Positions 1 through 17,464 of a stretch of 64,000 nt of DNA are shown here, piece by piece. The notes beneath the pieces are model-generated. The model did not search any database and was not told where the DNA came from. It saw nothing but the letters and a program-made list of their open reading frames with translations. Where the stretch lies: assembly GCA_951406725.2 (NCBI GenBank), contig OX597814.1, positions 10,664,001 to 10,728,000 of the forward strand, read 5' to 3'. The stretch's first letter is position 1, and each line of letters starts with the position of its first letter. This DNA comes from Octopus vulgaris (Eukaryota). The position numbers and the translations under genes were made by a program.

Positions 1-58
1 TAGTGCCATTGAATCCTTACCAAAGCCAAAGTCCGCAAGTTTTTTTCCTCTTTTATAT

Positions 59-121
<63 letters not shown>

Positions 122-607
122 ATATGAATTATCTTGTTAATATATATATAATAGAAATATTAACCGAAACCTTAGCAAAAGTCTCAACAGAAAAAACACG
201 GCAGAAGTTACGACCGGAAAATATTAGTTATCGCCATACTCACAGAAAATGCATTGTTTCGGGCCTTTGTTATCAAGATAGAGACTTGAAATCTACTCTG
301 GCCGTAACTACACCACGCCTTCTATAGGTGTGTAAATTTTCAGCTCGATCCTAAGAAGTCTAGGTAAATAAAACCTTTGAACAGAGATTGTCGGAAGCGA
401 CACCTACTGGTTTGGCTACGCTGCATTGAAAATATATATATATATATATAGCTGCCGGCCAAGAGAGTGGAGCGACTGACCTCCCTTGTTCAAAGGTTAT
501 AGATAGAGTTTGTGTATCAAATATCTAGATAAGGCGATAGCCTCATGGAGCTAATAGATAGCTTTATATTTTTATAAGAATGGATAGATAGTATGGATAG
601 ATAGATG

Positions 608-689
<82 letters not shown>

Positions 690-733
690 ATATAGATAGA
701 TATGATATGTATATATATATAGGTATATATATA

Positions 734-818
<85 letters not shown>

Positions 819-992
819 AATGTAGGATTAAATTTTTCGAAAAAAATTCTATCAAAGGCCAGCATATTAAAAAATACCTTTCAAGGTTAAATTTATAAAC
901 AATTTATAAGTAAGGGCAAAAGAAAAAAATTTTAATGCCAAAATATGCCGAAAATAGACACAACGTCAATAACCATGTAATTTATGACTACA

Positions 993-1100
993 AGCACGCG
1001 TTTCGAAGAAAGCCGACAGAAATTTCTAAAAAATCCCCTTATTACCATATCGCACCCGATTTCAGAGTTAGTTCATAAGAACCTGCTCTTCATCAGTGAT
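993..1100 (-). ncRNA. degenerate hammerhead-like motif in a (TA)n-flanked insert
   Basis: Minus strand CTGATGA-agagc...gctttcttc-GAAAC-gcgt-GCT; the cleavage triplet and stem I are broken. Confidence 0.45.
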
Positions 1101-1202
1101 AATTGCGGCAAAGGAATAAGTGAAATACTTACTTACACCCATGGAAGTGGATTTATATACTATATATATACATATATATATGGATATATATATATATATA
1201 TA

Positions 1203-1560
1203 TCAATGGAATAAAACGCAATAGAGGGCATTAAAATTTTCGGACAGATAGACGATACATAGGCGGACAAGAGAAACGATAATTAGAAGGACAGGCAAAA
1301 ATAGACGGGTTATTCTTGGCTTTCTTTCATCAGTCAAGTCCCTGAAGTCACGACCATTTCAAGTAGTTACACTTGACATGGTTCGATTTGATTTCTTCCA
1401 AAAATGTCTGTGCTAAGAGCATTAGACGTCTTTGTAAGAAAGCTAGCGAATGTGTACGGCAACAAAGACAACAAAAAAAAGAGAGAAACAAATAAACAAA
1501 AAGCGGAGAACATGGTACACAATTACGGTATTCATTTGTAAAGTGCTTGTAAGCACGCTT
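1203..1560 (-). mobile_element. (TA)n-tailed mini-element family F1
   Basis: Homologous to 24364-24643, sharing gtacacatt.gct.gctttc...taatgctcttagc...tcaagtgtaactac...actt.aCTGANGA. Confidence 0.75.
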
Positions 1561-1657
1561 TGCTTACCTACGCGGTAATACTAAGATCATTCTTAAAATC
1601 GAGGTAGCTGATATTTTGTATATTTCTGTTTGACCTATATATAATATATAAGTGCAG

Positions 1658-1718
<61 letters not shown>

Positions 1719-1940
1719 TCCCGTCTGACCATTTTGTCCAAGTCAGACGCCATGATAGATCGTTAGCCACTACACACTTTTATATATCCTTGTTTCTCTC
1801 CTTGTATTTTTTTTCTGTGTACCTTTCTGTAGAAGAGCGTAAAAGACTTTTTCTATTCTGAGCGCTATACTAATACATCTGTTTATTTTGTACACCACCT
1901 GTCTTCGTCTTTTGCATTTTTTTTTCGTAAACTTTCCCTA

Positions 1941-1993
<53 letters not shown>

Positions 1994-1997
<4 letters not shown>

Positions 1998-2340
1998 AAA
2001 ACTTTATATATAAAGAACGTGAAATACACGAAGTGACGAACACGGAAAACAAACAAGTCATTCGAAGCCTTCATTCTTCAGTCAGAAACCGAATCATCAT
2101 GGCAAATTTCGGCTGTTTAATTCTGAGATTTGCTCCAAATCGGCCAGCCCCAAGGAAAAACTAAACTGTGGGCATTAGATTTCTTTGTTAGAAGGAAAGA
2201 ATGTGAACGCAACAGAGACGAATATGAAAACAAGAAACGAAGATAAAATTGGAAACAGTAACAGTTAAAAACAAGAATGACAAGGGGCGTCTTACGACTT
2301 TGAGACAAAATGAGACAAAAACAATTGATCAGCAAGCGTG
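1994..2340 (-). mobile_element. (TA)n-tailed mini-element family F1
   Basis: Homologous to 59970-60312, sharing ttggggctggcc...ggagca(a)atctca...gaCTGAAGA.tgaaggcttcgaatg. Confidence 0.8.
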
Positions 2341-2449
2341 GAAAGCAATATATACACACATAAGTACTGATGATGTATCGCCATGATTGACCTCTAACTC
2401 CAAAGGACTTTTTATTCTCTCTCTCTCTCTGCTTATTTCTTCGTGTTCC

Positions 2450-2483
2450 CTTCTGTTGAAGAGCGTAAGCTCGAAACGTAAAC
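2450..2483 (+). ncRNA. hammerhead-like motif with variant core CTGTTGA
   Basis: CTGTTGA-a-gagc-gtaa-gctc-GAAAC-GTA. Homologues occur at 27759-27790 (CTGTCGA) and, deleted, at ~1827-1845. Confidence 0.5.
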
Positions 2484-4317
2484 AATTTTCTCACCGTTCC
2501 GAGCATCAAACTCATATACCTACTTATTGTTTATACACCTGTCTTCGTCATTTGTTTTTCTGTAAATTTCAGCTATATGTATAGTTGAAATCCACGGTGA
2601 GGCGATAACGAGGACACGAAACAGACAGATCAGCTGAAACACTGATATGATAATTTGATCGTGATAATGAGTATGAATGAGTGTGAACTTAGGAATAATT
2701 GCAATTGATTGAAAGGGTAAATTAATTTGTATGCGCGTGTTTCTATGTGTATACGTTCATGTCTCTGTGTGTGTGCGTGTGTAGGTGTGTGTGTGTGTCT
2801 GAGACGGTGGCGTTGAAGGTGCTTTCGAGAAATGTACATTAATATGTTGTGAAAGCGGTTCACATCTGTTTTTAAAAATCAGTGCGAAAATTTATCACAA
2901 TGTTACGGTGGCGGAGATTTAGTATGGAAGAGAATTCGTTACGGACGTGCTAAAACATCTCATCAGCACAGATAATGAAAACTTTGAGATACTGCTAGAA
3001 TATTTACTGAGAAACAATGAAGCAAAATAATGAAAATTTACTGAAATGACGTTGGGTGAGTTAGTGTGACCTGGTGTGACGACATTTCATTCATTGTGGT
3101 CAGCGTATTGTCTTTCACTCCGCTAATCTGTGAGGCTTCATTTTCTTTCTTGTTTCGCAGCGTTTTAATTGGTTTTATTTGAAATGCTTCATACATAGTA
3201 AATGTTTTGTTGTTGTGCTTCTAGTTAAACTCGAATTATAGGCGACGGGCTGAACATCTCCGTATAAACCTATATGATCCATTTGTTTCTCTTCCACTCC
3301 CGCCACGCTTCACCCTGTCCTTTAACCTTAGAACTTCTAAATCCACTAAAATATCCTTCCTGTTCTCGTTTTCCCGACCTGCAATTATATAGATATGCCG
3401 AAATTGATAATAAAATTTCTCAGTTTTGGAGGGTTTGAATATTTTACGAGCTCTGTCTCACTGTCATTTATTAACTTCAATTTTTTTTTAAATTTCATAA
3501 AAGTATCAGGAAGAAATGAACAAGGAATTTGAACTATTTTAAGATTAAATTAAATATCTGTAAACAAACATTTAGATTAGCTCAAATATGTTTGGGACAT
3601 ATTTGACTTGTATAAAAGTACATTCGTTGCTGTTTCTCGTTGAGAATTCTCGCTTTAGGCAATAAATGTTGAAAACACCAGTACTTTCAAGGCACCCTCT
3701 AGTGGAAGCGTGTTTACTATGATATATTACTCAAGTTGTGATCGGCATGGAATGTAATCAATTTTGATGCAGATTCACAGTAAGGAAATGAATCTTTCCA
3801 AAGCCATCTCAGGGTCGTCTCTTTTGCAGAAAAAGAATCTAGAAATGCATGCACCACTCCGCCAAAAGGTGCCTTGAAATTACTGCTCATATTTATTACC
3901 AACTATTTCCTAAAACGAGAATTTTCGACGGCAAAGAGCAATGAATACGGCTTTTGTGCAAGTGGAAATGCCCCAAACATATTCGAACTGTCGCAATGTT
4001 TCATTAATTGCAACACTGCTTTCGCGTAACTACTACAATATAATTTCCATAGTTAACATAATATTGTAAAAATAAAACTCGAACATAGAAATTAACAAAA
4101 CATTATACCTGTTTTTAGTTTTCTAATTCCTGCAGCCCACAACAGAGAATGCCGTGTTTAAGCATCGATGAGTGCGAAGTAAATGAAAAGAAAAATCCAG
4201 GCATTTGGAGAATGTTTCTTCGAGGAAAGAGAACATATTCATGTGGGATACTATTCTATTCATCCTAGGGTTACTGTGAACTGCTGGATGATTACTACAG
4301 AAAATGAGAGAGGATAA

Positions 4318-4700
4318 GGCGACGAGTTGGCAGAAACGTTAGCACGCCGGGCGAAATGCCTAGTGGTATTTCGTCTGCCGCTACGTTCTGAGTTCAAATT
4401 CCGCCGAAGTCTACTTTGCCTTTCATCCTTTCGGGGTCGATTAAATAATTACCAGTTACGCACTGGGGTCGATATAATCGACTTAATCCGTTTGTCTGTC
4501 CTTGTTTGTCCTCTCTTTGCTTAGCTCCTTGTGGGTAGTAAAGAAATAGGTATTCCGTCTACCGTTATGTTCTGAGTTCAAATTCCGCCGAGGTCGACTT
4601 TGCCCTTAATCCTTTCGAGGTCGATTAAATAATTACCAGTTACGCACTGGGGTCGATATAATCGACTTATTGCCCCCTCGGGGGCAATAAAGAAATAAGA
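4318..4700 (+). mobile_element. tRNA-derived SINE family 1 (full copy plus tandem partial copy)
   Basis: ggcgacgagttggcagaa (A box), gagttcaaattcc (B box), central gcctttcatcctttcggggtcga domain, tail gtgggtagtaaagaaata. Confidence 0.9.
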
Positions 4701-4754
4701 AAATGAGTGAGGTGATTCCACTAATATTCAATGAGAAAAGTTTTACATTATCAC

Positions 4755-4920
4755 CTGACCTGTTAGAAATAGCAACCAAAATTCCTCAATCAACACGAAT
4801 ATCTTAAAAACTGAAGAACATATTAGATCTTCTAGAGATAGTTCCCCTCCTCGAAAGACAGGGATATGGACGGTTGGAAAACCTTTACCCTTCCGTTTAC
4901 TCGATAAGAAATCAACTTAA
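4755..4920 (+). repeat. old dispersed repeat (related copies ~16545-16700, 33610-33740, 34850-34930, 35600-35700)
   Basis: Recurring tagaaata.ca..caaa....ctc..a.cac.....tcttaaa motif. Confidence 0.5.
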
Positions 4921-4965
4921 TTAAATAATAACTACTACTTTCATCATGTTCTACATCTCGCAAAT

Positions 4966-5193
4966 GTATTTCTTTACTACCCACAAGGGGCTAAACACAG
5001 AGGGGACAAACAAGGACAGTCAAACGGATTAAGTCGATTACATCGACCCCAGTGCATAACTGGTACTTAATTTATCGACCCCGAAAGGATGAAAGGCAAA
5101 GTCGACCTCGGCGGAATTTGAACCCAGAACGTAACGGCAGACGAAATACGGCTACGCATTTAGCCCGGCGTGCTAACGTTTCTGCCAGCTCGC
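4966..5193 (-). mobile_element. SINE family 1
   Basis: Reverse-complement copy of 4318-4550. Confidence 0.92.
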
Positions 5194-5515
5194 AAATGGA
5201 TTGTGGCATTAACTATGGATTAACTATGCTAACCACAGACAAAAAAGAAGTGCTCATGACAGGATTCGAACTATCGAATTTTCACTTTGTCACAAACTCG
5301 ATGAAAACACCATATAAGCGCACACTCACAAACACGCAAGCACTCACACATACAATTATTTATGCATTCACACAGGAATATGTATGTGTGCGTATGTGTA
5401 CCCAAATTTTCGTTTCCTCTTTCACAGCTGCATCCTGTTTTCACTCAGTTTTTGTAATGATATTCTAACTGTACAGCAACATACTCTAAACACACATATG
5501 TAAATACATATATGC

Positions 5516-5616
<101 letters not shown>

Positions 5617-5663
5617 CAGATAGATAGATAGATAGATAGATATATATATATATATATATATAT

Positions 5664-8093
<2,430 letters not shown>

Positions 8094-8121
8094 GGATAGA
8101 TAGATGGATGCAGGTATGCAT

Positions 8122-8222
<101 letters not shown>

Positions 8223-8785
8223 CTTAAAACCGCACACTGTAGTTTTTACGTTTCATATAAGACAGTAAAACAAAGAGACAAAGAACTACGTCATACGAAA
8301 GAAAAAACCTGTGCATTATTTATCATTAATTTATACGATCATGTTACTGTCGAAACAAAATGTATATATTACACCAGGTTGATATTAGATACAGAATAAT
8401 CATGGGCTCATTTGCCTGAGAAAAGAAGGTCAAGTATTGTAACGGCTGAGGGTGTTTGCGTATCTTTGTACTGGTGTGGCGTTTATGGTATACTATGGAC
8501 ACAGAATATCTGTCTTTCTTAATCGAAAATTGGCAATAAGTTACTTTTTCGCGTAATTTATGTTGCCAATGCCGTTGGAAATTTCAGTAATGGTCACCAC
8601 AAGGTATCCTTTACATTAAACGCTAAATGTGCGTACTTGTGTTTCTCGTCAAAATATCTCCGTAACAGTTGGACGTTGAGGTATTTCGTTGTAGCTTCGA
8701 ACTAATTCTGGTACGAAGACGTATGACTAAAAGCGGTAAAGAGAAAAACGCGTTACATTTCTAAGAAACCAAACGAAATAGACCG

Positions 8786-8816
<31 letters not shown>

Positions 8817-9061
8817 TTTCATTTAGCACCCACTTTCTATACTGACATGGGTTGATGGGTTGATAGTGTTCGACATATCAGAGAACTTTTGGCATGATGC
8901 CCTTCTTAACGCTAATCCTTTTACAACATGTACAGGGTAATTTTTCATGTCAACGGACCTAGCGAGATGGACAAGTAGCTTACAAGACAAGACATCTTGA
9001 TTGTACTCCAAATTAAAGATACACACACACACACACATACACACATACACACACACACATA

Positions 9062-9560
9062 CGAGGGTGAGATAAAACGTTCATAGGCTGAATATGAACG
9101 ATCGATTCTATATTTGTGAAATCTTGCATGTATTGATTCGTCTTATTAATTACTGTATTGTTTCTTTCCAGGTAAACCAACAAAGAAGACTTCAAAAGTA
9201 ACTAGTCACGACTTCTGAAAATGGACAAAATTTGGCATCGTGGTGTTATCAAGCATCTCCAGAAAAAGTATTTAACCACCAAGGAAATTCATGGTTTCTA
9301 CATTAGGAGACGACGCTCCGGCTTTAGCAACAATGCCAACTGTTGGCAGCTGAATTTAAGAGAGCAAAGGAGAGCCTTTAAGATTACCCAGGGTCGGAAT
9401 GTCCTTCAACTGCCACCATGATCGTGTTCACAACATAGTGATGGATGACAGGCGATTAACAATAAAGTCAAATAGCCAATGCTATTAATGCATGCCCTGA
9501 GAGACATGAGAATATTCTGCACAATGAGCTTGACATGGTACAGGTTTCTGCTCCGTGTTG
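9062..9560 (+). mobile_element. mariner DNA transposon 5' fragment (TIR plus degenerate transposase N-terminus)
   Basis: TA|cgagggtg... TIR-like start. ORF at 9221, MDKIWHRGVIKHLQKKYLTTKEIH, resembles the mariner N-terminal HTH and is frameshifted downstream. Confidence 0.8.
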
Positions 9561-10521
9561 ACTTCTTTTGCCCGTTCAAATCAGAATTGATATGGTTAGT
9601 GTAAATTAATTCAACGAAAGAAAAGGTCAAACTGTGTGAGAGTGAATTCTTAATCCGGAGAGAATCTTGTCCTCCAATTTTTAAAAAAAAAGAGTAATTG
9701 TCTACATTTAATAAAATTTTCAAATCTGGAATTTAGTAAGTCTGTAGCATTATTATATCTAAAACAAATCTAGCATCTTTCGATTAATTAAAGCCTGGCT
9801 CTCATTGATACATTAACGTATAGCGCAGTTCTCTCCACGATAGTCCATTTGAAGGTTTAACGTTAACAGTTGGCCTTGAGTTCCCAGATATGACTTGCTA
9901 ACTTTGTGGCTTTCTTCTTATACACGTGTCGAAAAGAGAACTGATGGTTTGCGCATCTTTCTTTTTTAATTACTTTGTTCTTTTGGGTTTCCTTATTTTG
10001 GCGCACAACTGTGACCTCAGTTTCATACACCACGGATCTGATCGTGCATGCCTGATCCAGTGGGCAAGTTGTTGGATCTCAACACTTATAACCTACAGTG
10101 TTTCATATTGAGGTAGCAGCTGTGTGAAATTTTCACAGAACGGCTATTAAAAATTTTCCTGTACTTGTAGTTAACTGGGAAATGCTTATCGATAAAACCA
10201 GAGCTTTTCAACTTATGTTAGTATTTATATTCAAATATAAGGTGGGGGAAACTATATAATCTTCCTGGGTCTATTTTTAGCTTTCATGTTTTCTTTTCTT
10301 TTCTATCACTGTTAGCCAGGTTTTTATTATGGTAAGAGACTGCCTTATCGAATATTTCCTAAGAAGAGGAGAGATTAGGCATCTTGTTGAGACAAACAAT
10401 ATTTTAAACATTATAAGTGGGTATATACGTAAGTTTTTCATTAGGTTTATGATTGGCTTATGAGAGGACATCCATCGACTTCATAGAGATTAATGTCTGT
10501 AATAATGTTGTGGCCTTAATG

Positions 10522-10559
<38 letters not shown>

Positions 10560-10645
10560 GCGCGCATATATGTATGTGTATATATATATATATAATATGT
10601 ACAGACAGACAGAAGAAAGGCAGGCAGGCAGACAGACAGACAGAC

Positions 10646-10713
<68 letters not shown>

Positions 10714-10824
10714 GATTATGTGTATCTAATAATGCGATGAAAGTGATATAATCAGTTGTTCGAAAGACATATTTAGAAGACCAAAAATTTTGGTCTAATA
10801 CTCCACCGAAGATAATCGTTGTGC

Positions 10825-11300
10825 TGATTTTTATGCAAAACAGTCTTCTTTAATATGTAGTATTTTGAGGATTCTACATTTCATGAAACTTCATTTGATG
10901 TGTCAGCGTTTATCTTAACCACTAGTCGTAGTCTGTTGACTTTATCACACTTCTCTTATCTAAAAGAGGGAACATGATTGTAGTATCTCTGTTTGAACCT
11001 TCATTTAGTCACGACAATGTGAAATTTGTGTACCACCTCTTGCTTACATATGATGGAAGTAGCTTCTGCTTTGTATCTGTTAGCATTATTTATATATGAC
11101 AATCTCTCCTCGGTTTTTCTGGATTATTTGGAATGGAGTTTTTCAGATTATTAGTAGAATAAATTAAGCCTGTGTTGGTTAAATAACTTTCTAGCTTTCA
11201 GAATTGTGTCTGTTAAATATATTTCGATGGCTTTGGAGTTTACATCTGAGAAAGAAAGTTATTTCGTTAGACATTGGAATATATTGAAAGGAAAGTTTAG
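10825..11300 (-). pseudogene. degenerate Penelope-like element GIY-YIG endonuclease region
   Basis: Minus-strand peptides in the expected order: IFNRHN, CKQEVVHK, FKQRYYNHVPSFR, KST, and CLHKN after a 1-nt frameshift. These match the PLE pattern C...VVYK...FK.RY.NH..SFR...ST.L...C.H. Confidence 0.65.
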
Positions 11301-11601
11301 CTTCATAGAAAGCGCCAATGGCTACACATTAGACATATTAAGGAAGGATGAAACCACATGTGCTTCCATTGTCTTTGAGTAATGTCACAGACTTCTCTAA
11401 TGCAGCAATGTCTTACAGACAATCTTTGAACTGACATTCTGTGTGTTTGTGTGTTTATGTTCATATATATCTACATCTATATGTAAGTTTGTACATATCT
11501 ATCTAAATATGAATATATATACATATCTGTATATATATTATATACATAAACATATATATGCATGCATACACAAATCCATTCATAATATATGAAATATATG
11601 T

Positions 11602-11649
<48 letters not shown>

Positions 11650-11656
11650 TACATAC

Positions 11657-11933
<277 letters not shown>

Positions 11934-12584
11934 CTTCTTACTCTTAAGTGTGTGTTCTTTAGTTATTGTATGTATGAATACATAAACGTGACAATTTGAT
12001 AAAGACAATGGAAATGTGCTGGATAGACAGATCGTTCAATTGATTAATAAATATAAGCATGTATATTGGTATGTTAGTATATGTCTGTGCGTCTGTGTGT
12101 GAGTGTGTGTGTGTGTTAGTGTGTGTTTGTCAATATGCATGAATATATGTATATACATGTGTGTGTGTACAGTCATGCATTTATGTATGTATGTGGAATC
12201 ACATAATCAACATGACAGTAATTCTATCATATTTTTTAATCATTACAATGATTTTATGAAGGTGAAATCAAATAAATAAATAAATAAATAAATCAGAATA
12301 GAAAGCACCAAGGAAAGAGAAACAAAGGCCAAAAGAAAATGGCTCTAGCATATGAGAAACCAAAAAGCAAAAAAAAAATGAAAGAAAGAAAAAGAAGAAA
12401 AAATCCTTCACTTCTGAAATCTTTCACTTCCTTTTCATTTGAAAACTCGTCTTTAATAATCCCAAGCTATCAGATTGGAGATTATCTCAATATGGCAGGT
12501 ATTACGGTGTGTTTTGATTTAATTTTTTTCTTTATTCAAAGTTTTTTGATTCAAGGATCCCCTTTTATAGTTTGAAAATCCGTA

Positions 12585-12697
<113 letters not shown>

Positions 12698-12700
12698 TCG

Positions 12701-12762
<62 letters not shown>

Positions 12763-13590
12763 GTAGTTGTTGTTATTATCTTCGTTTTTATTCTCTTTCA
12801 AACTGTTTCATCGTTGAACTTAATCGAACATTTCTTATGACCAAAATATATCTTACATATTTAATAATATATAGTGATGGGGATGTTTGTGAAGGAGTAT
12901 ATTTTCATGCAATTCTTCGCTCCTATGCTTCTCTTTTATTCCCGTTCTTCCTTACAATTCTTTCTCCTTTACAGTAACTTCATCCAAATTCCGTTGTGTT
13001 TTATTTTTCCTAATATTCTTCATTTATGTAGCGAACAATTTCTTCTTTATATCAAGTGATTTTAGCAGAAAATATATACTATGTAACACACGTGGCCTGA
13101 AAGTTTATGCAGGAATGATTTTAGTAATATACAAGAACATAAAAATTCGTTGGTACTTCTCTAAGCTAAGCGTTTAATATAATAGCCCTGGGATTACCGG
13201 TTCATAGTTACATGCTTAGGCCACTTGAAGTAAAGAATTGAGTGATAAGTCTGAGTACCGAATGTTACGTATAGAAAGATGGCCAATGGTCACGTGGGAG
13301 CCACGAGAGAGCAAAGGAGTAAGAGTGAGGGAGAGAGAGTGACGCACAGAGAACGTCGAAGGGAAGAGAAAAAATTAGAGAAAGGATAAGAGAGAAAAAA
13401 GAGAGAGGGAGAAAAGAAGGTAAAAAGAATTAGAGAGAAGAAGTGAGAAAACGAAAGAGTGATAGAATAATAGAGTAATTGATGAAGAAAACGAAAGAGT
13501 AATAGAATAAAAGAATAGAATAGATGTAGAAAGTGTAGCATCAGAATTATTAAGATAAAACTTACCTTGGAAATGGATGCGTAGCGTTCA

Positions 13591-13646
<56 letters not shown>

Positions 13647-13752
13647 CCTGCTCGCTTAGCCAACGGGGTGGCGTCATTTGAAGGCTAAAACAATGCGAAG
13701 CGCATTGTGACTAGCGATGTGTAACAAACATTTGATAGCATGGTCGATCACG

Positions 13753-13822
<70 letters not shown>

Positions 13823-13843
13823 TGTATGTATGTATGTATATAC

Positions 13844-13874
<31 letters not shown>

Positions 13875-14249
13875 TGTATAATGAAAGATGTGTTATGGTG
13901 AAATGCTGAGTACAAGGCGTAGTAGCTAATAAATGTTTGTTTGTGTCACTGTATTTGTTTTCATGTGATTATGTTTGTTGTAAGCACGTGTGGGTGCGTG
14001 TGTGTGTGTGTGTGTGAGTGTGTATGGTTCATTCGCACAATTGCATGCAATACAACAATGTTGAGTATATATTGTAATGTTATTATTTGATTGAACGCCA
14101 CGCATCCAATTCCAAGTAAGTTTATATGTATGTATATATATTTACTTACATATCCACATTAAAACGTACACCTCACGAAACGTTTAAAACATAACTCCCG
14201 TATCACAGTTCTGCACACACACACACACATACACAGACACACATACACA

Positions 14250-14295
<46 letters not shown>

Positions 14296-14750
14296 TGTAT
14301 GCACATATACAAAGTATACGTACTTACTGTACATTGTGCATGCCTTTCCAATACAACAAACATATACGCATACATATATTCATACATACACATATACAAA
14401 AACATACATGAATACGTACCAGTATACGTACATACAAACATAGGAACGCTCATTCTTCTAAACATGCTTATATATACTTATGCATTCATATACATATACA
14501 CATACAGACATATGCATATATATCTACCCATACCTATATATACATACACATATAGTTGCATATATATGCATACGTGCTTATCAATATAAAATAATATTGT
14601 ATATATATTATATATATTCACGAACAAAATGCAAACATATGCACACAAACATATTTATATTATGTACACATAAACTCAAATACATGCATGCACATATACA
14701 TACATACATACACATTGTCATACATATACACATGCATTCATACATACATG

Positions 14751-14826
<76 letters not shown>

Positions 14827-14833
14827 TACAAAC

Positions 14834-14866
<33 letters not shown>

Positions 14867-14879
14867 CATATATGCATAC

Positions 14880-14922
<43 letters not shown>

Positions 14923-14935
14923 TGCATACAAACAT

Positions 14936-14968
<33 letters not shown>

Positions 14969-16792
14969 TATACATATATACATACATGTAAATCTAAAAA
15001 CCTTCACCACACCCTTTCCCAGGCACCTCATCCCGGCACCTTTAACTGTCATCCCACCACCACCACCACTACCACAACCGCTACCACAACCACCACCGCC
15101 ACCACCACCACCACCACCACCACCACCCAACAACAACAACAACAACGGTCTTCATCCTCTTAAACGATCGCCCTCATATTGTTCTCCGAGCTTATTTCAA
15201 AAGATTGGTTTTTATTTCATTTCAATGGACTTATTCACATCTTTAGTGTGACTTCTGACAGACGCCCAGCGCCCTTCACATTAACTCACTCAAACGATTT
15301 GACATTCGCATGCTGGGCCGCTTAAACCACCAATATATATGTCTCTGCGTGTGTGTATGTTTGTGTTTGTGTGTGTATGTGTGAGTATTAATGACACACG
15401 CACTATCTCTCTTAACTCAGCCACCTCCACCACCACCACCATTACCAAAGCATCATTTTAAGCACCATCCATCAACGATACCACCACAACCACCACTGCC
15501 TTCTTGCCTTTTATCATTAGTTCCTCCCCCCCCTCTCTCTCTCTCTCTATCTATCTGTCTATCTATCTATCTATCTATCTATCTGTCTATCTTCCCTCTT
15601 TATGTTCGGTCTCAAAGACTTTGTCTCAATCCTCCTCTCTCTTCTCATTTCACCATCTCCTTCAATAGATTTTACTCTTTCTCTCTTCTTTCACTATCTT
15701 CCTCTCTCTTTTCCTCTCTCTCTCTCTCTCTCTCTCTGTATAGCTTTCATCCTTACTTTCCTTCCTTCTCACGCCATCTCTCTAAGTAACTCTCCTTATA
15801 TAATTTTTTCTCTTTTTCTGTCTCTGCTTAATGTCCACTCTCAAAGACTCTGAATCAATCCCCGTTGTCTTCCCTCTTATATCACCACCTCTTTCAATGA
15901 ATGTTACTGTCTCTCCCTCTTTCTTTCTTTCATTCTTTCTTTTTTCTTACTCACTTCTTCTCTCTAAGTAACCATCTCTCTCTCTTTTTTCTTCCTCTCT
16001 CTGAGTAATTCCCTATCAATCTTAGAGTAATCCTCTTTATCTCTAAGTTACTCTCTCTCTTTTTCAGAAACTCTCCCTCAATACTCCTCACTCTCTCCTT
16101 CTCGTTCTCTTTCATTCTTTCTATTTTCTTACTCACCACCTCTCTCTAAGTAACCCACTTTCTTAGTAACGCTCTTTCTCTCCTTCTCTCTCTCTCTCTC
16201 TCGCTCGCTCTCTTTCGCTGAGTAATTCCTTGTTTCTCCCTCAGAGTTATCCTCTCTTTCTCTGAGTTATTCTCTCTCTTTCTCAGTAACTCTCCCTCTC
16301 TGCTCCTCACCCTCCCTCTCCCTCTCTCGTTCTTCTATCCAACCTCTAACTCAACGAACTAATCTTTTTAACATTTCATCCTCTAATCACGCATATTTAC
16401 CCCAAGGCGATACACCATGACCTCCTCCACCACCGTCACCACCATCACCACCACTTACATAACATTACTGTTGCTACTTTGTATTTCTTTCTCCATCTCT
16501 ACCTCTTAATACTACCATGACGTGCGTTTTTTACGTGGTTACTACAAATACTAGAAATAACAGTCAAATTTCTACAAATCACAGCGTAATGCCTTAAAGA
16601 TGAAACAACACATTTAAATGATAGAGTCAAACTAAGATATAGGTGGACGCAGTTGAAATGCTCATAACAATCGGTCAACTTGTTCTAAACTGATGTACCG
16701 GAATGGAACGGAATGGAACTGAGGCTGTGAAAGAGAAACGATTGAAAGGAAGAACGTGAAGTAGAAAAAGGGAAATAAATGGCATGAGAAAT

Positions 16793-16837
<45 letters not shown>

Positions 16838-16845
<8 letters not shown>

Positions 16846-17258
16846 CTGAAGTTGTCTGTGTATGTGTGTGTGTAGCAGGTTTAGTAGCCTTTAACTAACA
16901 CTATCTCAAGTTGACCAAAATTGAGAGTATGATAGAAGGCTTGCTCTTCTATCAGTAGAAGAAAAAAAATTCAAATCGGACCATGTTAAGAGCAAAAATT
17001 ATTTACATCAAAAAGGTGCTTTTTTTCTATGAAAATCCTTATTTTTTACGATTTTTTTTACTGCTGTGTCGCCATTTTTCGGTGTATTTCAACTAGAAAA
17101 ATGTTCACTTAGAGAGACTAACAAGCTACATAATGCAAAATTTTTACTTTTCATAAAAGATTGAAACTATGTCAAAACTTTGTTAACGCGACATCAAAGT
17201 CTGCCGTTTTAAGCGCAACTAAAAAACAAACCCGAGCAACACCAGGCTATACTGCTCG
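16838..17258 (+). mobile_element. non-autonomous Helitron-like element (3' end related to the 51707 copy)
   Basis: Its end aaacccgagcaacaccaggctatactgctcgt resembles cccgagcaacgccgggcgatactgctagt. Confidence 0.72.
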
Positions 17259-17309
17259 TACAAATAAAACCTGCTTCACCACAAATATCTATCACATTAT
17301 TCATATATC

Positions 17310-17460
17310 CGTCGAGGTTGACTTTATATTCTGTCGAGTTCGACTTTACATGCCGTTGAGGTCGACTTTACCTTTCATACTTTCGGGGTTAATAAGTTGA
17401 GTACTGTGGTCGATGTAATCCACTTAACCCCTCTCCTCAAATTTCAGTCATTGTGCCTAT
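17310..17460 (+). mobile_element. SINE family 1 fragment with triplicated gaggtcgacttt segment
   Basis: Central domain cctttcatactttcggggtt...ggtcgatgtaatc. Confidence 0.75.
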
Positions 17461-17464
17461 AATA

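Noticed and set aside
3717-3902. 61-aa ORF containing PFGG (Pif1/Helitron helicase-like)
   Set aside because: The following GDF.Q motif is absent, so the evidence is insufficient.
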